DNA of 64,000 bases from Escherichia coli (GCF_030013595.1 NZ_CP122768.1); one strand, 5' to 3'; counted from the stretch's first letter, positions 19,168 through 29,976 are shown. The notes: a model not told the origin generated them from the sequence alone. Numbers and translations: made by a program.

Positions 19168-22100
19168 CTACCGCGTGCTCAGTCGCCCCTGGCTTCTGAG
19201 CACTTCACGGTGCAGGGCGTCACGTGTGAACTCGCTGATGACCTCCCGGTCCAGATTTATCTGCTGGAGATGGCCGCTGCCGTAGTACAGATGACGCTGC
19301 GTTCTGCCGTCCGGAAAGGTGGTGGCTGTCCGGTTGCTGAGTTCATCGTACTGATGGGTCAGGACGCCCTGCGCCGTCTCCTCAGTCAGCATCCGCCCCA
19401 GTCTGTCGTAACTGAAGCGGATAATCTCCGGTGCGTCTGTTTCCCCGGCATCCGACCGTCGGCGGCGGATTTCCAGTAGCTGGTCTGCCGCATCATGGAC
19501 GTATTCCGTACGGCTATCGGCTGTCTCCTTTGCCGTAAGCCGGCCCGCCGCATCACGTGCCAGCCGATGGCGGATTTCACCGCCCCGGTCCCCGGTGAAC
19601 ACCACTTCCGTGACCGCGTTCAGCGCGTTGTAGCGGTACGTCTGGCGGCAGCCGTCCGGATTTATCTGCTCCGCCAGACGGTCCAGCACATCATGGCGGA
19701 ACCGGTAGCTTTCTCCGTTCTCGTTTGTCAGCGTGACCAGACGCCCGTAAGCATCGTACCCGAATGCCGTCCTGCGCCCCGTCGCGTCCGTCCGGCTGCG
19801 CACCCGGCCCTGCCCGTCCCGCTGCCAGCGCGTTATCCTCCCCATCGGGCTGGTGTACTTCACCAGCCTGCCCGCCGCGTCCGACTGGTAATTCACCGTG
19901 CGGCCGTCCGCCAGTATCACCTCCGTCAGGTGGCCGCTGTCGTCATACCCGTAGCGCGTGCTGTGGCTCTGCGCGTCTGTCATCCGTATCAGCCGCGTGC
20001 GTTCGTCGTAGAACCAGGCCGTCTGCGAGCCGGAACAGTCCGTGTGCCGCATGAGCTGCCCGTCTTCGTTCCACTGAAGGTATTTATTCCCCCCGCGCGC
20101 ATCGGTTATCTGCACCACCTGGCCGTGGCGGTCATACTGATACCGGGTGTTCTGCTGCAGCGGGTCGGTCACCGCAAGAAGATTGCCGCGTTCATCGTAC
20201 TCACAGCACCAGCTGTTCCCCGCCGCGTCCACCTCCGTTTCCGGCTGGTGCCACACCGGGTGCCACTGTGTCTGTGCCACCCGCCCCAGCGGGTCGTGCG
20301 TCTCCGTGATATGCCCCTGCCGGTCATACACATAGCGCCATTTGCCGCCCTGCGCATCGGTCATTCCCAGTAACAGCCGTTCTTCGTCGCTCCAGCGGAA
20401 CGTCGTCACCTGCCCGGCTTCGTCCTGGTACGCCGTCACCTGGTTCTGCGCGTCCCACTGATGATAACGCGTGCGCCCCAGCCCGTCCGTCACGCACAGC
20501 CTGCGTGACGCCAGGCTCCACGCCAGCCGGTACTGTTCACCGCTGTCCGTGTGGTGCCCCGTCACCCGCCACGCTGCGTCATCCGGGCCTTCATACCAGC
20601 CCCACTGGTAATAATACCCTTCGCCGCCCGGCTGGCGGTGCAGGGTCATGCAGTGGTTTTCGTCGTAAGCAAACTCGCGCAGCAGGTGTCCCGTGCTGTC
20701 GTACACGCCGTTCAGGTCGCCGGCCTCGTCATAGCGGTAACGACGCAGCAGTAAAGGAGCCGTCTCAGGGAAATGCTGATAAATCTGTGTCACCCGCCGG
20801 GGATGCGCCGCCAGTTCATAATGCAGACGGATGCACGGACGCTGCTGTTCACCGCTGATTTGCGTGATGCGCCCCAGCTCGTCGTAGTACAGATTCAGAC
20901 AGTTGCTGTTGCGGTCGCCCAGCATTTTCAGCCGCTGGCGCTGCGGGTGATGCGGGTCGGCCTCAAACAGAAAAAACTGCCCGTCATCGCTGCTGATAAG
21001 CCAGTGCCCCTGCTCACCCCGCCTTACCGCCAGTCCTTCGCCGGGGCTGTAAAACCCGCTCCCCGGCAGCACGGCCTCCATATCCAGGCGTCGTCCCATG
21101 CCCGACACAAAGGTCATACAGTTTTCGTCAGCAGTACCCGGCGTGCGCTCGAGGCTGACTTCATACATCACGCTCCAGCCCTGCCCGAACATCCCTTCCG
21201 TGCGGTCGTCACGACTGCTGTACACGCGCTGCCAGTCCAGCGGAAAGTGGCCCGGCAGACTGAAATCGAAGTCATCGTCATCCGCCAGATATTTGGCTCC
21301 GGTGGCGGCATTGACCGGATGCGGAAGGGCACTGATGGCCTTCTGCGTCATCACCCCCATCCCGACACTGGCAGCAAAACAGGCGATTTTAGAAAGCATT
21401 TTGCCCGGGCGAAGAAACATCAGCGCCACAGTTGCCACCAGGGTTATCTGCGACCTGCCGCTTCTGATATCCCTGACCACCAGTAACGGACCGCCAATGC
21501 GGACATCCGGTGACACAAACGCCCCGTTCCCCGGCTCATTCACCACCCAGGCCTCGCAGGTGCAGCGTGCCCCGCTGCGTGCCGCCGGCTGGCTGTTGAT
21601 ACGCACATCCCGCGCGCCTTCCGCGATATATTCCGCTGCGGGCGGTTCATCATCGCCTTTGAACAGATTACTGATGCTGCCAATAACCGCATTCACTCCC
21701 TGAAAGGCGGTTTCCAGCATACCGCCCGGACTCAGCAGGTTAAGGGCCGTTCCCAGAGGGTCATCCAGAAAGGCGGCTTTTTTTTGTGCGAGAAACTGCG
21801 TCAGTGAGGAGGGATGTTTATGGCAGTCGATTTTATCGTCAGGGGTCGGGGTGGAGCCCGGGGCCGCACTGGCCACGGTGGGCTGCCATAGTTCCGACAC
21901 AAAATGTGTCACGCCATCCACCATTTCAGAACGCCCTTCTTCCGTACTGAGCTGGTCATGCAGCGCCCGGGACATCAGCACAGGCCCTGTCACCGGGTTA
22001 ACCGCCAGGGCTATGGCCCCCGCCATTTCCAGATATTCCCCGGCCACATCCCGGAACGTTCTGGCGTCCTCCTGACGCTGCGCTTCTTCCTGTTCCGCCT

Positions 22101-22503
22101 TCGCCTGTGCCTCCTGCGCCTCAATGTCCTGCCGCGATGCCGCAGTCGCCGCTGCCCGCGCGGCAGGTTTGCTGTTGATCCATGTGTCGCCAGAGCCGGT
22201 GAGGATGTAACCTTCAATCTGAGGCGGGAAAAGCATATTTGCGAGGTCTGAACAGACTTCGCTGACCTTTTCTGTCACGCCGGTGTACACCATCGCCACA
22301 CCCGCCACAAAACCGGTCAGCACGACGGCCGTGCACCCCATAGTGATCCCCGCTGACGTCGCCAGTAACGAGGTTGTGCCGACAATGAGGGCATCAATAA
22401 CGACATTTGCGGCCACCTCCAGCACCGCCCCCAGCACATCTGCCATAAACGACGTATGCAGCAGGGCATCACCCTGCCTTGCCGCCCAGAATGCCTCTTC
22501 CAT
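19168..22503 (-). CDS. prePAAR/PAAR-Rhs effector, N-terminal 1111 codons, terminated by an in-frame TAG at 19165-19167
   Basis: N-terminal AARQGDALLH (AARxxDxxxH prePAAR motif), hydrophobic segments, SKPAARA / SQPAARSG PAAR-like motifs, many YDxxGR repeats. Confidence 0.8.
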   Translation of the reverse strand: MEEAFWAARQGDALLHTSFMADVLGAVLEVAANVVIDALIVGTTSLLATSAGITMGCTAVVLTGFVAGVAMVYTGVTEKVSEVCSDLANMLFPPQIEGYILTGSGDTWINSKPAARAAATAASRQDIEAQEAQAKAEQEEAQRQEDARTFRDVAGEYLEMAGAIALAVNPVTGPVLMSRALHDQLSTEEGRSEMVDGVTHFVSELWQPTVASAAPGSTPTPDDKIDCHKHPSSLTQFLAQKKAAFLDDPLGTALNLLSPGGMLETAFQGVNAVIGSISNLFKGDDEPPAAEYIAEGARDVRINSQPAARSGARCTCEAWVVNEPGNGAFVSPDVRIGGPLLVVRDIRSGRSQITLVATVALMFLRPGKMLSKIACFAASVGMGVMTQKAISALPHPVNAATGAKYLADDDDFDFSLPGHFPLDWQRVYSSRDDRTEGMFGQGWSVMYEVSLERTPGTADENCMTFVSGMGRRLDMEAVLPGSGFYSPGEGLAVRRGEQGHWLISSDDGQFFLFEADPHHPQRQRLKMLGDRNSNCLNLYYDELGRITQISGEQQRPCIRLHYELAAHPRRVTQIYQHFPETAPLLLRRYRYDEAGDLNGVYDSTGHLLREFAYDENHCMTLHRQPGGEGYYYQWGWYEGPDDAAWRVTGHHTDSGEQYRLAWSLASRRLCVTDGLGRTRYHQWDAQNQVTAYQDEAGQVTTFRWSDEERLLLGMTDAQGGKWRYVYDRQGHITETHDPLGRVAQTQWHPVWHQPETEVDAAGNSWCCEYDERGNLLAVTDPLQQNTRYQYDRHGQVVQITDARGGNKYLQWNEDGQLMRHTDCSGSQTAWFYDERTRLIRMTDAQSHSTRYGYDDSGHLTEVILADGRTVNYQSDAAGRLVKYTSPMGRITRWQRDGQGRVRSRTDATGRRTAFGYDAYGRLVTLTNENGESYRFRHDVLDRLAEQINPDGCRQTYRYNALNAVTEVVFTGDRGGEIRHRLARDAAGRLTAKETADSRTEYVHDAADQLLEIRRRRSDAGETDAPEIIRFSYDRLGRMLTEETAQGVLTHQYDELSNRTATTFPDGRTQRHLYYGSGHLQQINLDREVISEFTRDALHREVLRSQGRLSTR

Positions 22504-22521
22504 GTCCCGTTCCCTGTGTGA

Positions 22522-22974
22522 TTAATTCGTCCCGGCTTCCTGCCGCATCCTGAAGCGCAGATTCTTTTTAATTTCAGCCCAGCGCGTCATATCTGCCGGG
22601 GTCAGCGGTGTGGTTCTGGCGTAGGTGAAGGCCATCATGACCCGCTCACCCGGCAATACAAATGCCACCTGACACTGGTACACCTGCTCGTTACCCCGGA
22701 GAAACTGGCTCTGTATTTCCAGTCCTTCTTCACCGTCATTAATCCCCACCCGTGTTACCTGAACGGGCGTGTAGTGAAGATCTTTTACCTGTTTCTCCAG
22801 TTTTTTCATTTGCTGTTCAATCTGGGAGGCTAATTCGTCTCCTTCCTGCATCTGGCCCCGGCTGATAATGAGTGCAGCGTCGGGATCGCTGAGGCGCAGC
22901 ATATTAATAGTACTGTCCTGAATAATATTCCCGGAAAAAGTTACAACAGTTTCATTGAGATAATACTCCGTCAT
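22522..22974 (-). CDS. DUF1795/Eag-family effector-associated chaperone candidate
   Basis: 150 aa immediately upstream of the prePAAR-Rhs gene, AGGA RBS; family assignment by context and size, not by a search. Confidence 0.55.
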   Translation of the reverse strand: MTEYYLNETVVTFSGNIIQDSTINMLRLSDPDAALIISRGQMQEGDELASQIEQQMKKLEKQVKDLHYTPVQVTRVGINDGEEGLEIQSQFLRGNEQVYQCQVAFVLPGERVMMAFTYARTTPLTPADMTRWAEIKKNLRFRMRQEAGTN

Positions 22975-23024
22975 AATAATATGAGTCCTTTTAAATTAAT
23001 AAATTATTTAATGATGGTTTTTGT

Positions 23025-25019
23025 TTATTTTTTAGTCATGAAGGCGACATCTATCGCCAATTGAAGGGCTGTTTTTTCCGATGTTCCAGGCGGAAGTATA
23101 TCTGCCGCCCTGTTATTCATATTTAAATCAAGCTGACCTGATTGTGTATTTATCTTTCCATTTTCTGTTGCAGTAATATTAAAATTCTTACAGGTTATAT
23201 TAAATATTCCGTCACTGGTCATTTGCAGGATAGTGTTCCCACAACTAAGAATTATGGAATCTCCCGCAGCAAGGCGTAAATTCTGTACGGCCTGAATCGT
23301 TTTATTTTGTCCGGCAAGGGAGGTATCATCCATCTGAACTGTAAGAGAACGTTCCTCACCAATTATCGCTGTTTCTGTTTTATCAATGACTTTAAGGCGA
23401 TTATTGCCCACCCAGTGGCTTTCATTATTATTTACTTCAATCCGCTGATCTTTTTCGGCATGTAGCCAGACCTCTTCACCGCCAGGTTTATCCTCAAAAC
23501 GTAGTGCGTTGGCATTGGTTGGGCCGCCGCCGATAGTGTGACTGTAAAATCCGCTTTGCGTCGCTGCGCCCGGTAGTCCCCACGGTGGCATGGTGTCCTG
23601 GTTGTAGGTACGCCCAACAATTATCGGTAAATCCGGATCACCGTTTTTGAAATCCACCAGTACTTCCTGACCAATGCGCGGGATCTGAATGCCACCGAAT
23701 CCTTTACCCGCCCACGGATAACTGACACGGACCCAGCAGGAACTATTTTCGTCATTCTTACCGTAACGATCCCAGCCAAACTGAACTTTCACCCGGCCAT
23801 ATTTATCTGTCCAGATTTCCTGCCCTGCCGGGCCGGTGACGATGGCGCTCTGCGGGCCTTTAGTGTGGGGTTTGCTCAGGGTTCGTTGTGGGCGGTAAAC
23901 TTCGCTGGTGGGATGCAGTTCAAAGCTGGTTGAGTAAGAGAAATGCTGCTCCTGGCCGCTGTGTTGCGCATTGTCCTGTATAAATAGCGTGGTCTGTACC
24001 AGCAGATATTCCCGGTTCACTTCGGCTGTCGGATAGTTTTCCAGGATGAAGGTAAAACCTGTCATCAGGGTACGAATATTGCCGCTGCCCTGTACCCGAC
24101 TACCTGGGCTACGCTGTTCTTCCATGCGAATGCGTGTCAGCATTTCACCTTCACTCTTTGTGAAGTAATCTCCCGGCCATTCGTAGTGCTCATATTCAGC
24201 AAGGCCGGTTTCACGCGGATTAGCCACGATGCTCTTCAGCAGTGAACGCGGCTTCATAAAGTCGAAATCATTCAGCACCCACTGTCCACTGCGCAGACTT
24301 TCATTTGCTGTGATGGTATGGATAAACTCCTTGTCCAGTTTCAGCCCTTTCTGGTAATAACACACCAGCGGCGAATCTGCGCATGCCTTGTGGACATTAA
24401 TGGCATCAGCCAGCACTAACGTGTGACTGTTCTCGCTGTGCTCAAACCACCAGTAGATACCCCACTCCTGCATCAGGCGCTGAACAAAATCGAAATCTGT
24501 TTCACCGTACTGCACCTGCCAGGCGCGAGTCGGATAATTTTCCACCAGTCGTTTTTCCACTGGCCAGGGGTACTCATCCAGTACCTCATCCAGGATCTCC
24601 ACCACGTTTTTATTCTGAAACGCTTTGTAGTCACTAGTGTGGGTCAGTATTTTTAACCACGGTTCGAGCCGCAGTTCATACACCACCGAACGTCCTTGAT
24701 GACCAGCCACGCGTGCCGCCGTCACCAGCCCGCTGATATAACGTTTTCCGCCGCCATCCAATTCGATATTGACGCACAGATCTTTGCCCACCATCGGTTT
24801 GAGCTGCAGGTTGGCTGCGGGGGAAACATAGCCCAGGTTCAGGATGTCAGGAGTTTTTAATTTAATAGAATAAGTAAATAGTTCCCCTACTGTTTCTGTA
24901 CCCCCTAAGCTTGCAAACAGTAACATTCCATCAGGAACTGCGCTGCCGCTCAAAGTCACGTTATGTGTACCCGATCCAGTTAGTGCGCCGGATGGATAAT
25001 CTGTAGCTGCAAAACTCAT
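23025..25019 (-). CDS. vgrG: VgrG (TssI) T6SS spike protein
   Basis: 664 aa; N-terminal VgrG-type region ([25 protein letters not shown]), gp27/gp5-like body, Gly-rich repeats; AAGGA RBS. Confidence 0.8.
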   Translation of the reverse strand: MSFAATDYPSGALTGSGTHNVTLSGSAVPDGMLLFASLGGTETVGELFTYSIKLKTPDILNLGYVSPAANLQLKPMVGKDLCVNIELDGGGKRYISGLVTAARVAGHQGRSVVYELRLEPWLKILTHTSDYKAFQNKNVVEILDEVLDEYPWPVEKRLVENYPTRAWQVQYGETDFDFVQRLMQEWGIYWWFEHSENSHTLVLADAINVHKACADSPLVCYYQKGLKLDKEFIHTITANESLRSGQWVLNDFDFMKPRSLLKSIVANPRETGLAEYEHYEWPGDYFTKSEGEMLTRIRMEEQRSPGSRVQGSGNIRTLMTGFTFILENYPTAEVNREYLLVQTTLFIQDNAQHSGQEQHFSYSTSFELHPTSEVYRPQRTLSKPHTKGPQSAIVTGPAGQEIWTDKYGRVKVQFGWDRYGKNDENSSCWVRVSYPWAGKGFGGIQIPRIGQEVLVDFKNGDPDLPIIVGRTYNQDTMPPWGLPGAATQSGFYSHTIGGGPTNANALRFEDKPGGEEVWLHAEKDQRIEVNNNESHWVGNNRLKVIDKTETAIIGEERSLTVQMDDTSLAGQNKTIQAVQNLRLAAGDSIILSCGNTILQMTSDGIFNITCKNFNITATENGKINTQSGQLDLNMNNRAADILPPGTSEKTALQLAIDVAFMTKK

Positions 25020-25240
25020 AATTAATCCTTTTAACTAGAAATGGATAAGTGCTAATAAGAAATCTTACAGAGAATAAAATATGCAATATATTCGTAGCTG
25101 GCATAAAACATCTCAATACTTATGCGTGCTACTGAAGATACTATCAACCATATATGCCTTGAAGAATGCACCGTCATGTTAACCTGGTGGAAACATTCAC
25201 CTAAAGTACATTAATAAAACTAATAAAATTATTTAATTTT

Positions 25241-25597
25241 TTATTTGATATGATTATCATCAAGTCTTAAAATACGTTCTCCGGTTCTAATTATGCTAAA
25301 ACCATAGTATTCTTTTTTACTTCCGGAAGAGAGCATATATTTCCCGATATACATAACATCTGAAGATAGCTCACTTATATCAATACATACGGGTTCGAAC
25401 TGACCTGTCACTCTTTTCAACTTTATTGCATTGCCATATTTACCTTCATATAAAACATAATTTGAAATAATATTCCCATCGTCTGGTTTTGAACAAATCT
25501 GTCCGTCTTGCAAATATACACTACCGGGTAACAATGGGCGAACATAATCACCAACAGTGCATCCCGACAAAAAGAAAAACAAAAAGAATCTCTTCAT
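25241..25597 (-). CDS. Lipoprotein, putative periplasmic immunity protein
   Basis: Signal peptide plus lipobox (FLSGC); start overlaps stop of the upstream HExxH gene (ATGA). Confidence 0.6.
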   Translation of the reverse strand: MKRFFLFFFLSGCTVGDYVRPLLPGSVYLQDGQICSKPDDGNIISNYVLYEGKYGNAIKLKRVTGQFEPVCIDISELSSDVMYIGKYMLSSGSKKEYYGFSIIRTGERILRLDDNHIK

Positions 25598-26163
25598 ATG
25601 ACACCCGCAGGAAATAAATTAAGCACCTTTTTGTATTTTTCCGATAGAGTGTTCACTGATTCAGTTGTATCACCTACATAGTTAACATTTGCCAAATCAG
25701 CCACCAGTCCATAGTTAATTAATAGCCAATAATCAGCAACTATAGATGCTTGTTGTTCCATGGAATAAGAAGAAATTGACTGTAAATTAAGATCGTAATG
25801 ATAATTTGCCGCCCAAGAAAATAAACCACGCAACTTAACTGCATACCCTTTCTGATATTGCCAAACATGCATCATTTCATGAATAAACAAGTGAGAAGCA
25901 CCTGCTACTGTTTCACGATCACCAGGCATTGCTTGCGATGAATAATCTGAACTATAAACAGCATCAGGATAATACATTTCCCCGTTTGGGGTCATCGCTG
26001 TTCTTTCCCCTTGACCAGGCAAATATTTTTCATTGTGGATCCATACCTTGCTATAATCAATTGTATTCTCAAAAATCGATCTGGCCAATGTTAATTCACC
26101 AGATGTCATTCTCCTTAATGACATATCCTTTCCCCTGGAAATAATATCTTTCAGATAAAACAC
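25594..26163 (-). CDS. HExxH zinc-metallopeptidase-like protein, candidate toxin/effector
   Basis: HEMMHVWQYQKG motif; no signal peptide; track start is GTG, ATG alternatives at 26124 and 26109. Confidence 0.55.
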   Translation of the reverse strand: MFYLKDIISRGKDMSLRRMTSGELTLARSIFENTIDYSKVWIHNEKYLPGQGERTAMTPNGEMYYPDAVYSSDYSSQAMPGDRETVAGASHLFIHEMMHVWQYQKGYAVKLRGLFSWAANYHYDLNLQSISSYSMEQQASIVADYWLLINYGLVADLANVNYVGDTTESVNTLSEKYKKVLNLFPAGVI

Positions 26164-27061
26164 AAACGCCCTTTGATGTTCAATATTCCCACTTTATACA
26201 GTATTGATGACATCATCTTCATAGAAAATAAAATCAAAGCAAGTTATCAACGTTTCCCGTTATGATTTCTTAACATTAATTCTCAGCATTTTTATTAATC
26301 TATCTTCAATATCAATAACCGATGCAAATGATTACGCAGCTAACATAATTCTCATCAATTGATTAATGTCTGTAAACGCTACCGCCCCACCCTGATATCT
26401 TAATCTGCACATAGCAATCTTAACGTTATGCCCCATACATTAGTAATGTAAATTAAGAATTCGGAATATATCAAATTCACTTCATAAATTAATATCGGGA
26501 ATGATATACACATTAATTATAATGAAGTAATGTTTTAAGAGTTGTAATGACCATGGAACAGGACTAATTCCAGAAGCTCCTGTTGGGCAATAGCGCGTTT
26601 ATCATCCTACATGCCTCTTACATTTTTTAGCCTTTTCTTTAACGTCAGCAATTGGCTCATTTAATCAGCAATTGTATTGGTATTTGGCGTATTACCCCTG
26701 AAACCCGTCATGTGCTAGCACCTCACTATTCAATGAGCCAACCACGCCAGTGTCCACTGCAACCACTGGCGTTCAGAGCGACGAACGAGTGGCGCAAGAG
26801 TAGGACTGCCGTCGGGCATCATCAAACCAATAGTGGTTGTTTCCGTCAAAATTTCATCAGGTTGCTATTTTGTTGCCGGCCGCCTTTATCCCCACATATT
26901 TATAGCGGGATTATTTTGCATCGTTACACGATAAAAGGTAGGATTCTGCGCCGACAGTTATACCCATAAAGAATAATGGTGAATCTTGTCATCGCCAGGA
27001 TGAATAAACATTGTTCATGGCAACTTATATGACTTTTTCATTAAAGCAATCAGGGAGAGCA

Positions 27062-28561
27062 ATGAGTAAACACGACACCGACACTTCAGATCAACACGCC
27101 GCGAAACGCCGCTGGCTTAATGCCCACGAAGAGGGGTATCACAAAGCGATGGGCAATCGCCAGGTACAGATGATCGCCATTGGCGGCGCGATTGGCACCG
27201 GCTTGTTTTTAGGCGCGGGAGCCCGACTGCAAATGGCGGGTCCAGCACTGGCACTGGTTTATTTAATTTGTGGCTTGTTTTCGTTTTTTATTCTGCGTGC
27301 ATTGGGTGAGCTGGTGTTACACCGCCCTTCCAGTGGCAGTTTTGTCTCTTATGCCCGTGAGTTTTTAGGAGAGAAAGCCGCTTACGTTGCAGGCTGGATG
27401 TACTTCATCAACTGGGCGATGACGGGGATTGTCGATATTACCGCCGTTGCACTGTATATGCATTACTGGGGCGCATTTGGTGGTGTACCGCAGTGGGTCT
27501 TTGCGCTCGCTGCGCTGACCATCGTTGGCACCATGAATATGATTGGTGTGAAATGGTTTGCCGAGATGGAGTTCTGGTTTGCGCTTATTAAAGTGCTCGC
27601 CATTGTGACCTTTTTGGTCGTGGGTACAGTGTTCCTCGGTAGTGGTCAGCCGCTGGATGGCAACACCACTGGCTTTCATTTAATTACCGATAACGGCGGC
27701 TTCTTCCCCCACGGTTTGCTACCTGCGCTGGTGTTGATTCAGGGCGTAGTGTTTGCTTTTGCCTCCATTGAAATGGTGGGTACAGCTGCCGGAGAATGTA
27801 AAGATCCGCAGACCATGGTGCCTAAAGCGATTAACAGTGTGATTTGGCGTATTGGCCTGTTTTACGTCGGCTCCGTGGTGTTGCTGGTTATGTTATTGCC
27901 GTGGAGCGCGTATCAGGCGGGGCAAAGTCCGTTCGTGACGTTTTTCTCTAAACTGGGTGTGCCGTACATCGGCAGCATTATGAACATTGTGGTGCTGACC
28001 GCTGCCCTCTCCAGCCTGAACTCAGGTCTGTACTGCACCGGACGTATTCTGCGCTCGATGGCGATGGGCGGTTCCGCACCGAGTTTTATGGCGAAAATGA
28101 GTCGTCAGCATGTGCCGTATGCCGGGATTCTGGCGACACTGGTTGTGTATGTCGTCGGCGTATTCCTCAACTATCTGGTGCCGTCGCGCGTATTTGAGAT
28201 TGTGTTGAACTTCGCGTCGCTGGGAATCATCGCTTCATGGGCGTTTATCATCGTGTGCCAGATGCGCCTGCGTAAAGCGATTAAAGAAGGCAAAGCCGCG
28301 GATGTCAGTTTTAAACTGCCTGGCGCGCCCTTCACTTCATGGCTGACATTACTGTTTTTACTGAGTGTTCTGGTGCTGATGGCGTTCGATTACCCGAACG
28401 GGACTTATACTATCGCGGCGCTGCCGATTATCGGTATTTTGCTGGTTATAGGCTGGTTTGGTGTGCGCAAACGCGTTGCTGAAATTCACAGCACTGCGCC
28501 AGTCGTCGAGGAAGATGAAGAACAACAGGAAATTGTGTTTAAGCCTGAAACGGCGAGTTAA
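27062..28561 (+). CDS. ansP: L-asparagine permease AnsP (APC family)
   Basis: MSKHDTDTSDQHAAKRRWLNAHEEGYHKAMGNRQVQMIAIGGAIGTGLFLG; GGGAG RBS; 499 aa. Confidence 0.9.
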   Translation: MSKHDTDTSDQHAAKRRWLNAHEEGYHKAMGNRQVQMIAIGGAIGTGLFLGAGARLQMAGPALALVYLICGLFSFFILRALGELVLHRPSSGSFVSYAREFLGEKAAYVAGWMYFINWAMTGIVDITAVALYMHYWGAFGGVPQWVFALAALTIVGTMNMIGVKWFAEMEFWFALIKVLAIVTFLVVGTVFLGSGQPLDGNTTGFHLITDNGGFFPHGLLPALVLIQGVVFAFASIEMVGTAAGECKDPQTMVPKAINSVIWRIGLFYVGSVVLLVMLLPWSAYQAGQSPFVTFFSKLGVPYIGSIMNIVVLTAALSSLNSGLYCTGRILRSMAMGGSAPSFMAKMSRQHVPYAGILATLVVYVVGVFLNYLVPSRVFEIVLNFASLGIIASWAFIIVCQMRLRKAIKEGKAADVSFKLPGAPFTSWLTLLFLLSVLVLMAFDYPNGTYTIAALPIIGILLVIGWFGVRKRVAEIHSTAPVVEEDEEQQEIVFKPETAS

Positions 28562-28568
28562 TTGCAAA

Positions 28569-28591
28569 ATTGCCCGGCTACGTGCCGGGCA
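28569..28591. terminator. Hairpin between convergent ansP and yncE, T-run on the minus side
   Basis: ttgcccgg ctacgtg ccgggcaa; minus-strand transcript has TTTTGCAATT after the stem. Confidence 0.45.
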
Positions 28592-28673
28592 AATTCAAAT
28601 TACTGACGAAGGTGCCGGATACGGCGTGATAAAAGTCAGGCAAGTCTCGCCGTTTTCACCCTCTCCATATCTA

Positions 28674-29735
28674 TTACAGCGCAATACGAATCACATCGTC
28701 CGGCTGGGTAGCTTCCTGCTGTTTAGTGGATTTTTGTTTCACACTGACATACAGCGTTTTGCCATCGGCAGACAGCGCCAGGCTGTTCGGATGAGTCGGC
28801 GTATCGAACGTTTTCACCACTTTATAGCTTTTCGCGTCAATCACACTGACTTTACCTGCCTGACGATGCGTTACGTAGGCTTCATTACGCGCGGGGTTAA
28901 ACAGCACAGCCAGTGATTCCGGTGCCGCAACCTTCGCCAGAATATTGCCATTACGGGTATCGACCACTAACACTTCTGCCGCTTTAGAGTCGGTGATAAA
29001 TGCACGCTGTCTGGCGGTATCAAGGCTGATGTTGATAAAGAAGTGCTCTTTGCCGTCATCCAGCAGCTTTTTACGGCTGAGGATTTTATTGTCGGCGGTG
29101 TCGATGGTAATCAATTCGCCATCAGCGTTAGTGGTGTAAAGACGTTTGCCTTTGCTATCCAGCGCCAGACCTGTACTCATTTTACCGGTGTTCTGGATGG
29201 CGGTTTTCAGTTTGATGTTCTCGCCATCAACGACCCAAATCACGCTCTCTTTACCAATACCACTGATATAAACGGTGTTCGTGGCATCGTCAGCTACCAG
29301 CTCACGCGGTTGCAGCGGGCGCACCTCTTCCGTGCGCTTACGATCATCCAGCACCAGACGGCCTTTCACCTCGCCCGTTTTGGCATCTATCGCCGTGACC
29401 GCGCTGTTTACGGTGTTACCAAACCACAACGTCTGAGTCGTGTTATTGATGGTGGCACCAAACGGCTTAAGATCGTTATGTATCGCCTGCGTCACTTCCA
29501 GAGTGACCGGATCAAGACGATAAACCACGCCACCTTTATCCAGTTTGCGGCTTTGCGAAGTAGCAAGCCACAGCGCGTTCTCCTGCTGGCTATAAGCCAT
29601 TTCGTAGGCACCTTTACCTACCGCTTTACGCAGCATTTCTTCTGCGGCCTGCGTACTGAATGATGAAGCAACAAGCAATGAACCTAACAGTAATGAACCA
29701 CGCAGGCGCGATGAAAACAGATGACGTAAATGCAT
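28674..29735 (-). CDS. yncE: YncE, periplasmic beta-propeller protein
   Basis: 353 aa with signal peptide; AGGGAG RBS. Confidence 0.85.
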   Translation of the reverse strand: MHLRHLFSSRLRGSLLLGSLLVASSFSTQAAEEMLRKAVGKGAYEMAYSQQENALWLATSQSRKLDKGGVVYRLDPVTLEVTQAIHNDLKPFGATINNTTQTLWFGNTVNSAVTAIDAKTGEVKGRLVLDDRKRTEEVRPLQPRELVADDATNTVYISGIGKESVIWVVDGENIKLKTAIQNTGKMSTGLALDSKGKRLYTTNADGELITIDTADNKILSRKKLLDDGKEHFFINISLDTARQRAFITDSKAAEVLVVDTRNGNILAKVAAPESLAVLFNPARNEAYVTHRQAGKVSVIDAKSYKVVKTFDTPTHPNSLALSADGKTLYVSVKQKSTKQQEATQPDDVIRIAL

Positions 29736-29976
29736 GACGACTCCCTTTGATGAACCGATATTTTTGCTGCTTCACAATGCTTCGCTAAGCGTAATCATCG
29801 TTACGCTCTTGTTATAAATGGGAATGGTAATCATTATTTTCTCAAATGTGGAGCATTTCTTGCCGTTACGACTACAATTTTCTCAATTACTTAACGTATT
29901 GTGCCGTTTCGTTTTCCATAAATTTACAATTTTATTACCATGACGGCGTTTTCCCATACTTAACCTGGCTTTTTTC

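Noticed and set aside
19495-21703. Several long plus-strand ORFs (up to 292 aa) inside the Rhs region
   Set aside because: They are antisense to the well-supported GC-rich Rhs gene, Arg/Pro-rich low-complexity translations typical of spurious reading frames in high-GC DNA.
26652-26969. 105-aa ORF in the ansP upstream region
   Set aside because: No RBS, odd amino-acid composition, lies in the ansP promoter/leader; contains only a short palindrome (cgccagtg…cactggcg).
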